This document shows positions 62,605-64,000 of a stretch of DNA of 64,000 bases, in pieces (the first letter of the stretch is position 1; each line of letters begins with the position of its first letter). The position numbers and the translations under genes are program-made. Origin of the DNA: Blastocystis sp. Blastoise (taxonomy: Eukaryota > Protista > Bigyra: Opalinata); assembly GCA_039096225.1 (NCBI GenBank), contig JBBPEB010000005.1, positions 682,001 through 746,000 of the forward strand. The letters run 5' to 3'. The notes beneath the pieces were generated by a model that saw only the letters and a program-made list of their open reading frames with translations, ran no database searches and had not been told where the DNA came from.

Positions 62605-64000
62605 TTAGAATATGTTACAAATAATAAAAATGATTATTCTATTTTACATACCACTTATTCTATTCAAAATATACTATGGAAGCATCAATTTCCTCAAAAA
62701 TGCAATAATAAAAAATATATTATATTTCCATTATTAGAAAAGACATTTCAAAGAAATATACATATATTATCTTCTATATTATCTTTAGCTATTGATTATG
62801 ATCGTATATTATTATTTTCTAATGGAAATACTACATTATTAAATAATTTACCTTCTTTTTGTCAATATCCAAATTTAGAATGTTATTTATCTCCTATAAG
62901 TAGTTGCCAATTTAATTTAAATAATATACAATCTCTACCTTCATTTATTAATAATAATAATAGTATACATTTATCTTCTATTCAATCTATATATAATAAT
63001 AAAAAACTTGAAAATGTACATTATTGGATTATTGATTATAATGAAATGTTTTATACTTCTATCTTTAGAAATATTCCTTCTTTTTTATCAAATTCTTCTA
63101 TTCTTAAAAATAAATTAAATATCTATAAAATTGATGATATTATTAATTATTGGAGAATTCAATCAACAACTTTTTTATTACGTTTTAATACTCAATTACT
63201 TTCAGAAATCAATCATTTATCTTCTTTTATGAATAATATTACTATAAAGAATTCTAATAGAAAGAAATCATTTATAAAGAATTCTAATAGAAATAATTCT
63301 TCTATAAATAATTCTTCTATAAATAATTCTTCAATAAATAATTCTTCAATAAATAATTCTTCAATAAATAATTCTACTATTAATAATTCTTTAATAAATG
63401 ATTCTTCTATAAATAATTCTATTATCAACAATTCTACTATAGATAATTCTATTACAAATAACTCTACTATAACTAATTCAAATATATATAATCTACCTTC
63501 TTCTACTCCTATTTCTATAGGTATTTACCTTGATCCTTATACAGATAATTTATTTGATACTTCTTTTATGAATAATAATCCATTAGTACCTATTACTAAT
63601 TCTATCTATATATCAACAAATGATTCTATAAATATATCTAATTATATTCCTTCTATAAATTTATTAAAATTATATAATTCTATAAATCACACAACAATAT
63701 TTATATATTCTTCAAAAACAAATAATTTGACACAAGAATATAAATATAATAAAGAATATACTATTATTAATTATAAACAAAATAATTCATTATATAAATC
63801 ATTATTAGTTAATAATAATGATTCAATTACTATTACTCCTAATATATCAAATCCTATATATATTCAATTCATTCATAAACATATTCAACAATCATTCTCT
63901 ATTCATAATATGTTTCTAATTACAGAATATCTCAAATCACGTGATTTCATTGGAACTTTGACCAATGAAATGGCTCAATTAATTCTTGAATTGAAACAAA
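61699..64000 (+). CDS. Type II membrane GT23 (FUT8-like alpha-1,6-fucosyltransferase) family protein, degenerate; runs off window
   Basis: N-terminal TM; LWKHQFPQKC..K, LAIDYDRIL, ECYLSPISSC, DFIGTL..MAQLILEL. Confidence 0.6.

Overview
Very AT-rich, intron-dense eukaryotic (protist) nuclear DNA. Gene content (TSET subunit TTRAY1, SCAR/WAVE, GT23-like protein, secreted beta-helix protein) and minor-class introns suggest a Blastocystis/Proteromonas-like stramenopile; this is inference. About 20 genes were reconstructed by hand-splicing: beta-helix/PAN protein, ASA1/GNB1L, RBR-ZZ E3 ligase, VPS41, RPL31, SCAR/WAVE, a small membrane protein, BET bromodomain protein, ribophorin II, N6AMT1, a giant Myb protein, a membrane phosphatase, a coiled-coil gene with a frameshifted tandem paralogue, RPC2, PSF1, PTH1, TTRAY1, SEC62 and a degenerate FUT8-like gene. 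All complete genes end in a genomic TAA. Most short ORF-track entries are intronic microsatellite artefacts. The strongest signal is the splicing system. (i) Most introns start GTATAT(AT)n and end (AT)nATAG, so their ends are mutually complementary, and one intron is just G(TA)22G. (ii) There are two U12-type introns (AT-AC and AT-AG) with ACCTTAAT branch sites. (iii) Two introns in conserved regions contain no AG and appear to end in TAA, and an RPL31 intron cannot be spliced in frame as GT-AG. (iv) A structured intergenic RNA has a U11-like 5' end. There are also two diverged copies of a 140-bp hAT-like MITE.
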